DNA of 64,000 bases from Chrysomallon squamiferum (GCA_012295275.1 CM022676.1:16306001-16370000); one strand, 5' to 3'; positions 1-15,142 are shown, numbered from the stretch's first letter. Made by a program: numbers and translations. The notes: a model not told the origin generated them from the letters alone.

Positions 1-1529
1 AAATTACGTTCATTGCTGATTACACTTTATTTAACAACAACACACACAAGTCTGCATATTATGCATTCCGGGTGCCATCTACTGTTCCTTCAGGAATTGA
101 AACTTTAGATTTAGACTAATTTGTTCGCTAAATTCTGTCTGGTTGATGGGCAAATCGAGAATGTTTGTTATTTATATTAAAATAAATATTATCGACTTTA
201 GATATAACAAACTAAATTTTAAAAAAGATAAAAAAAAAATAAGAAATCTTACTTAAAAACGGAACAGATAAGTTTGTCTCTGTCAAACGCAAATACTTTA
301 ATTTAGATGCTGATGCCTATCTGTATATTCATAACACGTTGACTAAGTTTAAAACTGTAACCTGAAAGCTAACTTAATCCATCTGTGCACATTGTGGGAT
401 TATTCTAGATGTAACTGTTTCACAATTCGTAAAACAGACGTTTCATATAGTAAAATGCATGAACTGTTCGTTCATGATAAACAACTAATACCGGTGTATA
501 CTTGTGTAAAACATTTCTGAAGTTTCTTTAATAACCTAATAAAAGTGATATTTTAAATGTTTTGTTATATTTTAAAGGGAAAGACTCGTTTAGTACTTAA
601 AGGATTCAGTGATGAGTATAGATATGACTACTGTAGATTAACGTTAATTATTTGGAGATTCGTCTTTTTTCTTCTTTTATGTTTCAGAACATTGCGAAAA
701 AGATAATTTTAAAATATTGTTTTCGTTTTTCAAACATATCATAGAGTTCACACGATATTCACATGACGTGCATATGAAGATCAGAGAACAAGTCAGTGGT
801 TGTTTGTTATGTACACGACACACACAAACGTGTATCCGGGTGTTATTTACAACGACCTGAACAGTTTGTTTGGTAATCGCAGACCTGTTTCAAAGCTTTT
901 AGTAGATAAAATGGATCGTATGACATGTGAAATGAAACGCACTGTTATTAAGAATAGTGAAGAAAAGTATTCGTTATGGTCTGTCTATTTACTTTAGCTG
1001 CCTGTATCTACCTGTCTCTGTGTCTGTTTGTGTATTCAAAATCGTTTGACGTTACATATACTTCAAAAACGCAAGCTACAATATCCGTGGATACTTATGT
1101 GTCTAAATGTGATTGCAGAGAGTGTCTGTTTGCGCGCGCGCATGTGTGCATTTGTGGCTAATTCTGTCAACAATGATTTGTAAATGTGTGTGTTTAGTTA
1201 AAGATATTTTGATCAGAACTTCTACACTGATTCAGTTGTTTCGATAAATTCTTCAACGAATGAATAACTTTAGTGTTTTCAATATAGTACATGGAGAAAT
1301 TACTAGATCGGTACTAATAAAAAATCACATTATATGTGATTTTTCAACGCAGGCACATTCTGAAGCTGTTATGAACATTCGTTAAACATTAAACAATGAA
1401 ATCCCTTTTAGTATAATCCTATATGTTGAGTTATAATGCAAATATATATTTCTAAATGATTATTTTATTTATGAATGGATATGAAATACATCTAGAAATT
1501 CTTCATCCCTACAATATCGTTGAGATTAT

Positions 1530-2380
1530 TTGTTTTCTGACAAGATGATGTTCTTTCAGTGGTAAAGCTCATGTTACAGATTGACAGCTACAAATAAAAA
1601 CATAACAGTTATTTTGTGACTTCGGGATACCTGTTCATAATCTTTTTGGGAAGAATCTGTAAATCAAAAAACAGTCTCCACTTCACTCCTAGTCATTCAC
1701 CATCTTTAACACCTCATGACATTTTACCCACTATTCTTAAGTTTATCCTCTTTGTTAATTTTCTTGACTATTTCCGAAATATTAATTCTGGTTGAAACGG
1801 CAACATCCTCAACAAAGAAGTGTGATACTTAACTCTTTCCTAGAGAGGTTAAGCTAATTCATGATGGGAATTGCGAAGCTACGGAAATTATAATTATACA
1901 CCAGTAAATCTTTGATCTCTTCAGAATCATTCTGAATGTCTGTAGGTTAAGTCATCATATCCACTTGATGATGCATTGACACGTTTTGCCATCGAAGCAG
2001 TTCACCATATTCTACTTCGTTCATGTTAGAGGAATACAAGTAACTTGAGTCACACAGAATTATGTAACAGTATTTTACTTATACTTGGTTTCCAGTCTGA
2101 ATTATATACATATTTCACCGTTTACTTCTACAAACTAAATATTTCAGAAAATTATGAAATAAAGTTAGTTCGGTTATTACATGTCCTTCATGCACATGTT
2201 TCTGATGAACCTTCAAGACACTTGTATCTCTGTAAGATCAAATAGATTTGGACACGTGTCGGTCTCTTACTCAGGGCGAAATTATCGGGTACCAGTCTAG
2301 CAATCAGGGCAGTTGAAATGACAGGAAAGCCTTCTGAATGCTGATACCAGAGAATTGTTCTACTGGTGGACCATGAAAAA
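1530..2380 (-). pseudogene. Decayed large terminal exon of an unidentified gene family (possibly a SEFIR/TIR-like cytoplasmic domain)
   Basis: Minus-strand translation across stops and frameshifts: STSRTILWYQHSEGFPVISTALIARL..RVQIYLIL..CNNRTNFIS..KYCYIILCDSSYLYSSNMNEVEYGELLRW..DIQNDSEEIKDLLVYNYNFRSFAIPIMN..QILPKKIMNRYPEV. Peptide-level similarity to diverged copies at 10170-10835, 11290-11585 and 17600-18445. Confidence 0.55.
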
Positions 2381-3034
2381 TGAAATCAAACAATTTCGTA
2401 GTATGAAGAATAGATTATATCATTTGTCATTTTCTCCATAGGCACAGTCATAAATGTTGAAATACATACGCACATACAAACATACATACTTATATGTACA
2501 CACACAAATACAAACACACCTAGACACGTATAAAGATGCACACATCTAAAAGCATAAACATTAACACACACACACACAGAGACCACACACACGCTAGAAT
2601 AGTGTGTCTTGCTCTAATCTACAGTAACAGTAGATCCTGTTCAAGGTCTGATACCCGTAAATAACACCTTAGTGTATCACGTATATCAGTGACACGCTAT
2701 TTCTATCTCACCCACATAAAAAACAGACACGTTACAGATTTAATTTGATAAGCTGGTGAGTTTCGTCAAAAGTATGAGCAGAATACTGAAATATTTTAGG
2801 ATAAAAAATAATTTTAAAATTGTTTTTAAGTAAAATTGTAATTCATTAACTGCGTGATCTTGCATAAGAAGAAGACAAACGTGTAGATTATGTCAAATTA
2901 GTCTATATTAATATATACCCTTGAATATTAGCTTAGCTACCTTAATAAATATTTTATTTTAATTTCAGTAAACACTCCTACCATTATATAGTTTGCGTTT
3001 GTGTTGTATATTCCTTAAAAAATAAAACAGTAAC

Positions 3035-3209
3035 AAGAGAGAGACAGAGAGAGAGACAGAGAGAGAGTCAGAGAGATAGTCAGTGAGAGAGAGACAGAGA
3101 GAGGGAGTGAGAGAGATATACAGAGAGAGAATGAGAGAGAGACAGAGAGAGGGACTGAGAGAGAGATACAGAGAGAGAATGAGAGAGAGACAGAGAGCGT
3201 GAGAGAGCG

Positions 3210-3294
<85 letters not shown>

Positions 3295-3315
3295 GAGAGA
3301 GAGAGGGAGAGGGAG
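3035..3315. repeat. (AG)n microsatellite, imperfect
   Basis: Directly visible; source of the SLSLSL ORFs. Confidence 0.95.
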
Positions 3316-3794
3316 ATGTGTTTGACAATTAACACAAGGGGGTTTTCCCGGTAAAAAAAATAGTCCCTTTCGTATTTTGCGGATTCGATGATTCAATACA
3401 TACATGCGACTATTGAACATTAATGTTAATTACTCTGTACCTGTTTTTTTGTCTTATTTTATTTGTGAGATCGCTATAGCACACGAAAAGATACTTTTAA
3501 AATGTTCGTTTTGTTTTTCACGTACTTCCTTGTACATTCAATGGTCCCCGAACGATACTTCTATAACAGTACACCAAGTGTGTGTTTGTTTGCTATGTGG
3601 GTCAGGTATGTTATGCTGCACGAGATACACAGAGATATGCCTGGGTATTATTTACGAAGAGCTGAAAAATTCATTGTTAATACAGTGTCTGCGCATAAGT
3701 TTAGAAATAAATAGGAAAATAAGAAATAATTTACGTTTATCAACATTCATGAGTTCATCAATAGCAACTGTTTAATAACAACAACAACAACAAC

Positions 3795-3825
<31 letters not shown>

Positions 3826-4174
3826 TTAATTATAATATTAATAATAATATTAATTATAATATTAATAATAATATTAATAACAGTAATATAATATAAAAAT
3901 GAAGAAAAAACAGTAAGAAACATAATTAGATAAATATGATTATTTGAACGTTATGTTAATTTTCTTCTTCACTTATTAATATACAGTACTGAAAACCCTT
4001 TGTCGATACAGCGATGAAATACATTCGATATTAAAATTTTGTAAAGCATATTCATTAAAACCGTGAACAGAGACAGAGGTAATACATTTCTGAAAATTAT
4101 ATTTCTAATCATTGCCGTCCGGTTTCGCTTTCTCTACCGTAAAAGTCGTAATAATAATAATAATAATAACAATA

Positions 4175-4231
<57 letters not shown>

Positions 4232-4320
4232 CATACACATACATACATACACACACAATAACACAGAACATGTGTATATGTATACACAACCGCACAATAA
4301 CACATAACAGCCTGTCTTAC

Positions 4321-4782
4321 TCTACCATACAGTAACACGTCTGATCCTCGTAAATAAAACCTGAGTATGTTTTTGTGAGTATCGTGTATCAGTGACACAC
4401 TATTTTCATCTGACCTACATAACAAACAAACAGAGTGAATTTAATATGCTGGCCACGCTAGTTTCAGCACCGAACGAAAAGAAGTATACAAACATATTTG
4501 GAAAAAGAACATTTTAAAATTATCTCTAGGTAAGCTGTAATGTGTTAACAGAGCGATCTTGCATAAGAAGAAAACAGCTATGAACAAATTAAATAAAATT
4601 ATGTAATAATGTGTAACCTTCAATATTATCTTACGTTCGTTTTAAAAAGCACTCCTATGATTTCCAAAGTTTGTTTGTCTGATGTACATACGTTAAAATA
4701 CACACTCAGTTGTCTGATCTGTGTTAATACAGATGGTGGTAAAGCTGTTCTGTGGGATAATTCCAAACACAAATCTTAATTT
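4321..4782 (-). pseudogene. Two spliceable exons (4706-4782 and 4321-4414) of the decayed family
   Basis: AG/GT-bounded 77-nt (phase 0-2) and 94-nt (phase 2-0) exons join in frame: KLRFVFGIIPQNSFTTICINTDQTTE/SDENSVSLIHDTHKNILRFYLRGSDVLLYGR. Paralogous pairs lie at ~12280-12355 with ~11775-11858, ~20470-20545 with ~20085-20180, and ~36830-36900 with ~36440-36535; the 12.3 kb copy differs by frame-preserving indels. Confidence 0.55.
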
Positions 4783-4975
4783 CTATGATTTACTTTGTAT
4801 GATGAAAAAATAAATGTGTTGATGTCTTATGACTTTTTATAACTTAATCAGTTCAGATGATAATAAATTAAATCGCCAAGATTATGGAATGTAATGCCGA
4901 ACAACATAAACAATATATATATAAACGTAAAGTAATTTATAATTATAACAATCACAATAATAATCATAATAATAA

Positions 4976-5024
<49 letters not shown>

Positions 5025-5245
5025 TATTATTATTATTATTATTACAGCAATACTAAAATAATGAGTCTCGGTACTTCATATGATCCTTTCAACTGTTATT
5101 ATTTTTAATTGTTTTGCAAATGAATAAACTTTGCTTGAAGTAATTTTACATCTTCTGACAGAATCACAACAACAATTATAATAACATAAAAAGAAAACAG
5201 TAATATTGATACGTCATATAATTATAATCTCTTAAAGCTGTTTCA

Positions 5246-5490
5246 TTATCGCTGAACTCTTTCCAAACGAGAATACGTGTTTGAAGTATTTTTGTTTTCC
5301 AGTGCAAAAATCTCGTTAACAAAAAATCGTCTGATTGTGAAAACGAGACTGAAGTCATTTATCTTACAAGTTACAGTTCTCCGGTTCACAAGTGACACTT
5401 TACAGAGGTCAAAGTCAGATAAAAAGTATAAAGAAGCCTTGCTACTTGTTACGGGTAAATAAACACACTGATACTGCTTATTTGTACGAG
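5246..5490 (-). pseudogene. Repeated exon of the decayed family (open in this copy)
   Basis: After an AG acceptor: RTNKQYQCVYLPVTSSKASLYFLSDFDLCKVSLVNRRTVTCKINDFSLVFTIRRFF. Copies at ~6900-7110, ~8260-8425, ~21010-21245 and ~37330-37563 carry stops or indels. Confidence 0.5.
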
Positions 5491-5877
5491 CTATGTTGTA
5501 TTTTGTAACTGTTTAAATTTTCTTTTATTCTGTGGTAGAGTAATTTAAGATGTTCAATTATAAATCAGTAATAAAAATACAACAACTACAGGATCTGATG
5601 TTGTAATCTCAAGAATAAAGAACAAAGAATAGTTCAACGTGTACTAAAATATGGCTGAAGTCCATTTTATGACCAACTCAGCCCCCACGCAACCCCAAGA
5701 AGAAAATAAATAAATACAACTTATGACTTCACAATCTTAGGTTTTAACCGTATTACAGCCTCGTACATTTCTGTATTATTTAATCTCTATGTGTTGTCAG
5801 CATTTTCATTTTAAGTGTATTTTATTACTAAAATCCAAATATAACATCTAAAGAAGTTTTTTATATTGTAGTCTACC

Positions 5878-6140
5878 TAGTGACAAATTTGGAATCCTTA
5901 GCAATAAAACATTTTCATCAAAAGTGGCCTACTCATTAGCAAGGTATCGATCCAAAAATAGTGTCAGTTATGTCCGTCTGTGACAAAAATGTCAAAATTC
6001 GTAAGCCAGTAATATTAAGCTACTTATACCATCCAGCATACAGAATTTCAGCTGTGAAGTTTTTGTCGATACAGACTTAGCCATTATTCAATTATTATCC
6101 TCATAATTCCAAGCCTCGCTGCTTCCCAGTTTTAAATAAA
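5878..6140 (-). pseudogene. Decayed exon of the same family (paralogue ~8830-9105)
   Basis: Shared peptide EAWNYEDNN..CMLDGIS..LLAYEF..FDENVLL versus KAWNYEDRE..CMLDDID..LFALEF..FDENVLL; both end at AG|GTAG donors. Confidence 0.45.
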
Positions 6141-6262
6141 ATAAACAACAATACACTGAAAATCTTTGATTAACAAATTCAAAGAAGCAAATATTCGTTA
6201 TTTTGAAACAAATATAAGAGTAGGAATACTATTAGATTTAATCTAGAACTTACTCTGTTTGC

Positions 6263-6323
<61 letters not shown>

Positions 6324-6324
6324 G

Positions 6325-6369
<45 letters not shown>

Positions 6370-8000
6370 ATTATTATTATTACTATTATCTTCATCATTA
6401 TCATCATCATTATAATCATCATTCGTATTTGACTCTTAATAACTACATATATAAATATTACGTCTGTAGGTATTACAAATAAATAAATTCAGATACATGT
6501 AAAGAAAGACATGACTTAATTAAAAACTGACTACATCAGTCTGTCTCTATCAAACACAATTAAATTAGTTCAGATCCTGATTCGTTTCATAATATACATA
6601 ACACGTTGACTGACGCAGTTTAACTGATAATCGCACACTTGTTTGTTATTAGTAGCTGAAATGGAACGTATCACACGGATGAAATAAAAAAAGTATTGTT
6701 ATCAAGAACAGTGAAGAAAACCTTTCTTTGTGGTAGTCTGTCTACCTGTCTCTCCGTTTATCTTTATCTACCTGTCTGTCTCTGATTATTTATTCAAAAT
6801 AGTTTGCCATTATATACACTGCACAAATCTGAAATATCCGTAGATACTTGTGTGAATTTCTAAAAGAATGGGTGTTTTATCGCTTTTTGTTTCCCAAGGA
6901 GAATGGTGTTTGAAGTATTTTTGTTTTCCATATAATAAAAAAAAAAATCGTCTGCTCGTGAAAACGTGACTGAAGTAATTTATCTTACAAGTTTCAGTTC
7001 TCCGGTTCACAAGTGACACTTTACAGAGGTCAAAGTCAGATAAAAAGTATTAAAAAATCGTGCTACTTGTTACGGGTAAATAAACACACTGATACTGCTT
7101 ATTTGTATGAGCTATGTTGTATTTTGTAACTGTTTAAATTTTATTTCATGCTGTGGAAGAGTAATTTAATATGTTCAATTATAAATCAGTAATAAAAATA
7201 CAACTACAGGATCAGATGTTATAATCTCAAGAATAGTTCAGCGTGAACTAAAATATGGCTGAAGTCCATTTTATGACCAACTCAGCCCCCACCCAACCCC
7301 AAGAAGAAAATAAATAAATACAACTTATTATAGTTTGTTAGAACGTTATAACATACGTAACGCTAGCTTCAAGATGTTCATTTCGTTTTTCAGATATATC
7401 CCTGTACAGATTAATGGTGCTCAAGTGATATTCGCAGTAGCACTATAGCCAGCCTGTGTTTGTTTTGTTACAAAGGTCAGATTAAAAATTGTGTGTCACA
7501 GGAGAACAAACGTGTACTCGGGTGTTATTTACGACGATCTGGCAGATTCTCTGGTAACACAGAGTCTGCACAAAAGTGTGGAAAAATAGTGTAATAAAGA
7601 AATCATTTACGTTTACCAACATTCGTGACATAAATAATAGTAACTGCTCAATAACAATAATACTAATAAAGATAGCAGCAGCAACAATAACAACAATACA
7701 ACAACTTCTACTACTACTACTACCACTAATAATAATAACAACAACAACAACAACAATACAGATAATCAGATACATTTAAATCTTTGAAAGTTAACTTCTT
7801 CATCTTCTTCCTCTTTCTCAGTTACTATTACACAGGACTGAACAACGTTTATCAACACACCAGTGAAACATTCGCTATGGAAATTGTCTACAGCACATTC
7901 ACACGAAATAAAAATTGTGAGCCGGAGGTAAAACATATTTTTCAGAAAATTATATAGCAAATCAGTTCTCATAGGTTTCCCTTTGTTTACCGTGAACGTC

Positions 8001-8071
<71 letters not shown>

Positions 8072-10169
8072 GTAATAATAATAATAATAATAGTAATAAT
8101 AAGAATAATATTACTCATAATAATAATACTTATAATATTCATAATGATAATAATAACAACAACAATAATAGTAGTGTCGTATAATTATAATCTCTTAAAA
8201 CTGTTTTATTTTCGTTGAACTCTTTCGAAATAAACCTTTTTTTTTTTCATTCTAATAATCTCGTTAACAAAAACATCGTCTGCTCGTGAAAACGTGACTT
8301 GAAGTCACGGTTCTTCGGTTCATAAGTGTCACTTTACATGGCTCAAAGTCAGATAAAAAGTACAGAGAAGCTGTGATACTTGTGACTGGTAAATAAAGAC
8401 ACTGATACTGCTTATTTGTTTGAAGCTGTGTTGTAGTTTGTAATTTTAAAAATGTCTTTCATTGTGTGGCGGTGTAATTTAATATGTACAGAAAGAAACC
8501 AGTAAGAAAAAAACCCGTAGTCGGTTTATGTAATACTTTCATGAATAAACAACGAACAATTCAGAACCCGAAAAACTCCCAAATTAAAACCTGAAAGTTC
8601 GTACTCTTAGTTTTTAACCGTACTACAGCAATGTCCATTTCTGTATTACTTAATCTCTAAAAGTGTGAAAATGGACATTTTGTGTTCAGCATGTCCATTT
8701 TAAGTGTATTTTACTAATCAGCTCCAAATATTACATCTTGTCTTGTAGATAACACCTTCAACTTTAATTTTATCTTAAGGTCATTTCAAGGTCAAACAAA
8801 AGGTGAAAATGTTCCAAAATGTAGTTGCTACCTGCTGGTAGCTCATATGGAATCCTTACCAAATTATCTTTCCAATAAAACATTTTCATCAAAACTTACC
8901 TACTCTTTACCAAAACATCAATCTGAAAGTAGTGGCAATTATGCACATTCATGTCAAAATTCGAGAGCGAATAGTATTGTGTCTGTGCTATCAATATCAT
9001 CTAACATACAAACTTTCTGCAGTGAATCGTTTTCCATGCAGAATTAGCCGTTAATCAATTCACGATCTTCATAATTCCATGCCTTACTGATTCACAATTT
9101 TAAAGAAGCAGCTATTATTGGCGTTTTGCTATGATTTGTATTATTAAAACAAATAAAACCGTCGGTACACTATAACATTTATGAATTTCATTCTTAATAA
9201 CAATATATATAAAAATAATATGACATACCTGAAATGACTGTAGGTATAAAAAGTAAAACAATCCATAAATTTGGAAAGAACGACATTTCTTAATATAAAC
9301 CTGACTAAATCAGTCTGTCTCCATCAAACACAACTACTTTAATTCAGATCCTTCTTCTTAGCCTTATATACATTGCTCGTTGACTGACGCAATTTCTTTG
9401 GTAACTGTACACCTGCTTGAAAGAAATTTGTCAGAGGAGCTGAACTGTAACGTAGGACACATTTCAGATAACAAAAAAATAATAATAGTACAAAACAAAA
9501 GAAAAAAGTACTATTGTCAAGAACAGCGAAGAGAACCTTTCTTTCTGGTAGTCTGTCTACTTGTCTCTCTATTAATCTTGATCTATCTATCGATATATCT
9601 ATCTGTCTGTCTGTCTGTCTATCTGACTGTATATTTGTCTATCTGTCTATCTATTTATTCAAAATTGTTTGTCATTGTGTAAACTTCAGATAGTTTGATG
9701 CTTGTGTGAAAGTGTCTAAATGCGATCGCACGGATGTGTGTTTTTGTATTTGTCTGATTCTGTGAACAACGATTCACATGTTCTGTGTTTACAGATATTC
9801 TGTTCTGAACTTTTGTGCTGATTCGGTTAATTTTCATAAATTCTTCAGGGAATGACTATCTTTAGTGTCTTGAATATAGTAAATATAGAAATAATTACTT
9901 TGTAACTATCGGAGAATCATGTTATTAGTGATTTGTCAACAGAGGCGCATTCTGAAGCTGTTATCAACATGCAGTAAGCATCAAACAATAAGTGAATTAT
10001 TTTTATAATCCTATTTGTTCTGTTATAAAGAAAATATATATTGCTAAATGATTATAATAATTATGAATGGATACGAAATATATCTAGCAATCTAAAATTC
10101 TTCATCTCAGCTGTATAGTTGTCAACTTTTAGGGTTTTTTAAGACACAATTTCGCATCTTTTTTTCACA

Positions 10170-10835
10170 GCGTGATATTTTTCAAGCAGATGTTCCATCA
10201 GTGGTAAAACTTAAAGTTTCACTTCTACAAATAAAACTATTGCAGGAACTGTTTGAATTCGGGATTCCTGTTCATCATCTTTGTGGCAAAAATCTGTTTT
10301 TGTCTTTCAACATTTTACCCTAAATTCTTAGCAATATCATCTTTGTTCGTTCCCTCGACTATATCGAAGAAATAAAATTAACAAATCGCGAGCTGAACAG
10401 TATGATAATGAACTCTTTCCTAATGATGTTAAGTTTATTTATAATGGGAATTACGAAGCTACATAAATAATTATTATTTACTGGCAAATCCTTGGTCACT
10501 TGCGAATCATTTTGAATGTTTGTAAATGTTTAGTTTAGACATCAAATCCGAATCATGTTCTTCATCTTGAATTGACATACTTCTATCATCACAGCAGTTC
10601 ACCATATACTGTTTATTTTATGGCAAAGGATTAAGTGTAAGATGACTCACACAAAATTATGTAACAGTATTTTATTAATACTTTTTTTCCAGACTAAATT
10701 ATAACTGGTTGTGTTTGTAACTCTAAATCTTTCTGACAATTTTGAAATAAGGTTAGTTCGTTTTTCGCATGTCTTTTTCGTGTAACGTCCTTCAAGCACA
10801 CATTTATCATTACCCATCAAGCCATATAAATCCAT
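10170..10835 (-). pseudogene. Diverged copy of the large terminal exon
   Basis: KKTCEKRTNLISKLSE..KYCYIILCESSY..NIQNDSQVTKDLPVNNNYLCSFVIPIINKLNIIRKEF..QIFATKMMNRNPEFKQFLQ, with multiple stops and frameshifts. Confidence 0.5.
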
Positions 10836-11167
10836 ATTTCTCTTTTTCTCCATAGGTACAGTCATAAATGTTGACATACGAACAAAGAAACAGAGATATA
10901 AATATGCATACGCATATGAACACAAATATTCAGTTTTCTTTTCTGGTGTAAATAATAAAATAAATTAATTAAGAAACAGTGAATGTTCTTTTCCCAGTTG
11001 CAGATATAATACAACCCATGAAACTGTTGTTGTCATTGTCATTTTTTATTATTATTATCAGCATCACCTGTGATCAGTTTTATATTAAAAAAAAACAAAA
11101 AGTGTAAAAGAAAAAATGGAAAAACAACATAAAGAACGGTGTCAGTAATGTCAACATCTAGAGCAAA

Positions 11168-11235
<68 letters not shown>

Positions 11236-14200
11236 CAATACAAATAATAATAATAATAATAACAATAACAATAACAATAATAATAATTCTTACTGACTCG
11301 TGAAATGGAGTTATTCTTGTTTGTTTCAGCGCTCAATGTCCATGACGTCAAATCATTGACAGAAATTGAAGCTACAGTCAAACTGTAAGTTGTTAAATAA
11401 CTTGTGACTGTGTGTAAAGTTTTTTTTCTTGTTTGTGCAAACTTACATCTCTTTTCTCTGTATGTCAGTGTCCTACACAGCGCCTACTTTCTGGAATACA
11501 CCTCTAGCAATCAGGGCAGTTGGAATGAGATCAAACCCTTCTGAATCCTGATACCGTGGACTTGTCCTAATAGTGGATCACCCAAAATGAAATAAAACAA
11601 GTTCGTTGTGTGTACAATATATTTAGACCATTTCTCTTTTCTCCATAGGTCTTTTCTCTCATAAATGTTGACATACTTACAAATAAACAGAGATATACAT
11701 ATGCATACACACACAAAAACAAATATACACATGCACACACATACACGCAGTCACATAGAACAGTCTGTCTTACTCTAACCTGCAGTAATCTTCATAAATA
11801 ACAACCAAGTACATCTTTGTGACTGTCGTGTATCAGTGACACACTATTTTTATCTGACCTGCATAACAAACATACACAGTTAATTTGATATACTGGCCAT
11901 GCTAGTTTCATCACAAGACGAAACGCAGTAAACAAAACTATTTCGAAAAAAAAAAAAAAAAAATAAAAATAAAATGATCTGTAGTTAAGTTGTAATGTTT
12001 TATCAGAGCAATCTTGCATAACAAGAAGACAAACATGTAAAATAAAATAAAATTAATCTATAATAATATATAGCCTTTAATATTATCTCACCTAGATAAA
12101 TTGATATTTCATTATAATTTTAATGAACATACCTATGCTTTTCATAATTTGTTTTTTGGTCTATATTAATGTATAATCTGTAATATTATCTTAACTACAC
12201 AAATTGATATTTTATTTTTATTTTAATAACCACTTCTATGATTTTCGTAGTTTGTTTATACGTTAAAATACAAACTCATTTCTCTGATCTTTGTTAAAAT
12301 AGATGGTCGAGCTTATCTCTGGGATAATTCCAAACACAAATCTTAATTTCCAGTTCTAATTTACCTTGTATGATGGAAATATAAACGCGATCATATTTAC
12401 CATTGTGTATAAATTAATCAGTTTATATGATGATATATTCTGTCGCCAAGGTTATGGAATGTAATCTGAACATAAAGAAAGAACTTATATATATATATAA
12501 AGTGAAGTGAAGTAAATAATAACAACAACAACAATAATAATAATACTGAAGGCCTTAAATATGTACGGATTCAAACACATAGTTACTGAAATAATAATTC
12601 AGACTGATACGTTTATTTCTTCTTTTTTCTCAAGTATATTTAATGTCTTGCACAGCTGGATACCTATTTACGTCTAAGTTCTCCTCTTCAAAAACTTGAC
12701 ATTTTCTCAGAATTTTACTTTAGTGATTCAGTAATCAGAATAGAAAGTAGCGATAAGGCTATTTATTTCTTTTTTTTATATAAATCATTTGTTTTTAAGT
12801 AAATATGGATACTAAAGCGTGTGTATGTATGTATTTATTTATTTGCACGTGTGAATGTAACTAATGTGTAAAGGAATTATTATAACAATATAGCTAATGT
12901 GTCATTTTAATATTTGTGCCTTTTTTCTTTTTTATTGTTTTTTCTTTTTTTTCTTTTTTTTTTTTTTCTTTTTTTTTTTTGCCTTTAGAAACAGGAACAG
13001 GTGAGCATAATAACTTAACACCTTAGTATCGTCCATTATTAAGACCTAGAAATCTTAAACGTTTCTCTGCAGTAATTCAGGTGATAGAAAACAAACGTTC
13101 TTAGCGCAGAGAATAGAAAACACACATCATCGAACATCTCACTTGTAAACCAGGAAGTGTTGTCATCCGACCAGTAAAAAAATATTTAAAAGCGAGGATT
13201 TTTTAAGCTGTGATAAAATTAATCAAATTAGTATGATTATTTAAACTGAAACCTTTTGTTTTCATAGTCCGTCAGTTTATAACGATCATTTACACAAAAC
13301 ACTTATCTCGCATACATACGACTGCAAAGGTACATTAACAGGGTGTATATATTGTTTTAACTAAACAAATACATGAATCAATAACTACTAAAATCGAATA
13401 ATTCTACATTGTATCTCCTGATTTTCGTTATGAAGTCATGACTTCCGGTTATTGTCTTTTTTCCTCTCCTAATTATGGGCGTGACTTCGTGTGTTTAGAT
13501 GATAATTTTGTCGACATTCTGCGTTCTGCGATAAGGACTTGATGCTTATCGGCATACAGCTATTCAAAACAGCTTTATTTTATTTATTTGTTTTACTTCT
13601 CTGTATTTTATTTTATTATTATTTATTTTATTTTGTTTCTTCATTAAAGAACATTACTTAATGATTTCTCTCTTAGTTTACGGTATTAATTGCGTTCATT
13701 GATGATTACACTTTATTTAAACACGTCTAACTAGTATGTAAACCGAGTAACATCTACTGTTCCTGAGAAATTGAACCGGTTGATGTGGGCCTAATTAAAT
13801 CGCCAAATTTTGTTTGTGGAATGCTGAAATCGAGAATGTGTAATGTATTTTATACTGAAATAAACAATGAAAACCTTAAACCCCTGTAGGTATAAGAAGT
13901 AAATCAATTTAAAAATAAGGAAGATGGATATTTCTTGTTTTTAAACTGAATAGATTAGTCTTTGAAAAATGCATCTTCTTTATTTTTTTAATCTGATTTC
14001 TATCTGCATATACGTAACATGTAACACATACTAAGTTGAATTTTGTAACTGCAGACCTAACTGAATACACCTGAGCACATTGTATGATTATTTCTAAACA
14101 GACAAATACAAAACAAACAAACAAAAACAAATATATTAATTTTATCAATTGTTTCTCGCAGTCTAAAGAAATAATACAAGTAATATTTTAACCGGATGTT

Positions 14201-15061
14201 GTATGATAATATCTAGATTTGACTGTTTGGCAGTTAAAAGAAGAGTGGACACGCAGACATTAAATATGTTAAAATGTAGAGACTGTTTGTAGAGACTAAT
14301 GCTAAACACATAATAATGACGTATACTTCTGAAACATGGACTGATGAGAACCTAAAATATAATATTTCGAGGGAAATATTCCGTTTTGTACTTTTCGGTT
14401 TCGATGATTTTATATTTACATACGACTATTGAATTATAGTTAATAATTTTGCAGCTGCCTTTGTTCTTATTTTATGTTCTATAATGTTATAGCATATGTA
14501 AAAATCATTTTATGAAGTTGTTTTCGTTTTCCAAATATTTCAGTATACAAGTAATGATCCTCAAACGATACTCACATAACCAGTATAGCAAGTGAGTGTA
14601 GTGTGTGTTATGTAGTCCAGATAAAAATAGCGTGTCACTTCTGTTCGAGTAACTCAGGGGGTATACACGGGTGTTATTTGCAAATATCTGAAAAGTTCAT
14701 TGTGTCTGCGGTGAAGTGTAGAAAGAAAGAGAGAAAAATGTGGTATCATTTAGATTTTTCAACATTATTAAAAGATAAATAATAATAACTGTTCAATAAC
14801 AATAATAACGAGAAAAACAACACAAACGACAATATATTATATAAAATGAAAAGAAAATAATTTAATTATTATTTTCCAGTATTTATAGGACAGGACTGAA
14901 CATCCTTAATCAAGGCACGAGAAAATGCATTCCTTATTAAAATTATGTCAATTACATTCATAGCAAAATAAGTAATAAACAGAGACAGGGTAAAAATTAT
15001 TTCAGAAAATTAAATAGCAAATTATTACTGTCGAGTGTTACTTTGTTTACCGTGAAAGTCA

Positions 15062-15142
<81 letters not shown>

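Larger units (their letters stand above)
1..5820. repeat. Segmental duplication block A, copy 1 (paralogue 16053-21560; part also at 35947-37870)
   Basis: Colinear match in the same orientation, e.g. ttacgttcattgctgatt at ~4 and ~16056; ORF 800-997 matches ORF 16842-17045, and ORF 3404-3775 matches ORF 19286-19516. Confidence 0.93.

Noticed and set aside
800-880. ITIM-like VIYNDL/IIYEEL/VIYDDL reading of the repeated 94-nt exon
   Set aside because: Splice phase from the upstream exon and most third-position changes favour the other frame (SDKNSVSL..GCYLRR); the ITIM frame has a TGA in the minus-strand copies examined.
2965-3420. SLSLS, ERERE, poly-I/N/L and YIYI ORFs here and at 28916-29641, 38793-39334, 57092-57444, 58390-58864 and 63640-63886
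   Set aside because: Translations of microsatellites.
13060-13560. ETS-like CCGGAAGT/CAGGAAGT motifs and the palindrome GAAGTCATGACTTC
   Set aside because: Short motifs with no linked gene start; not enough to call a promoter.
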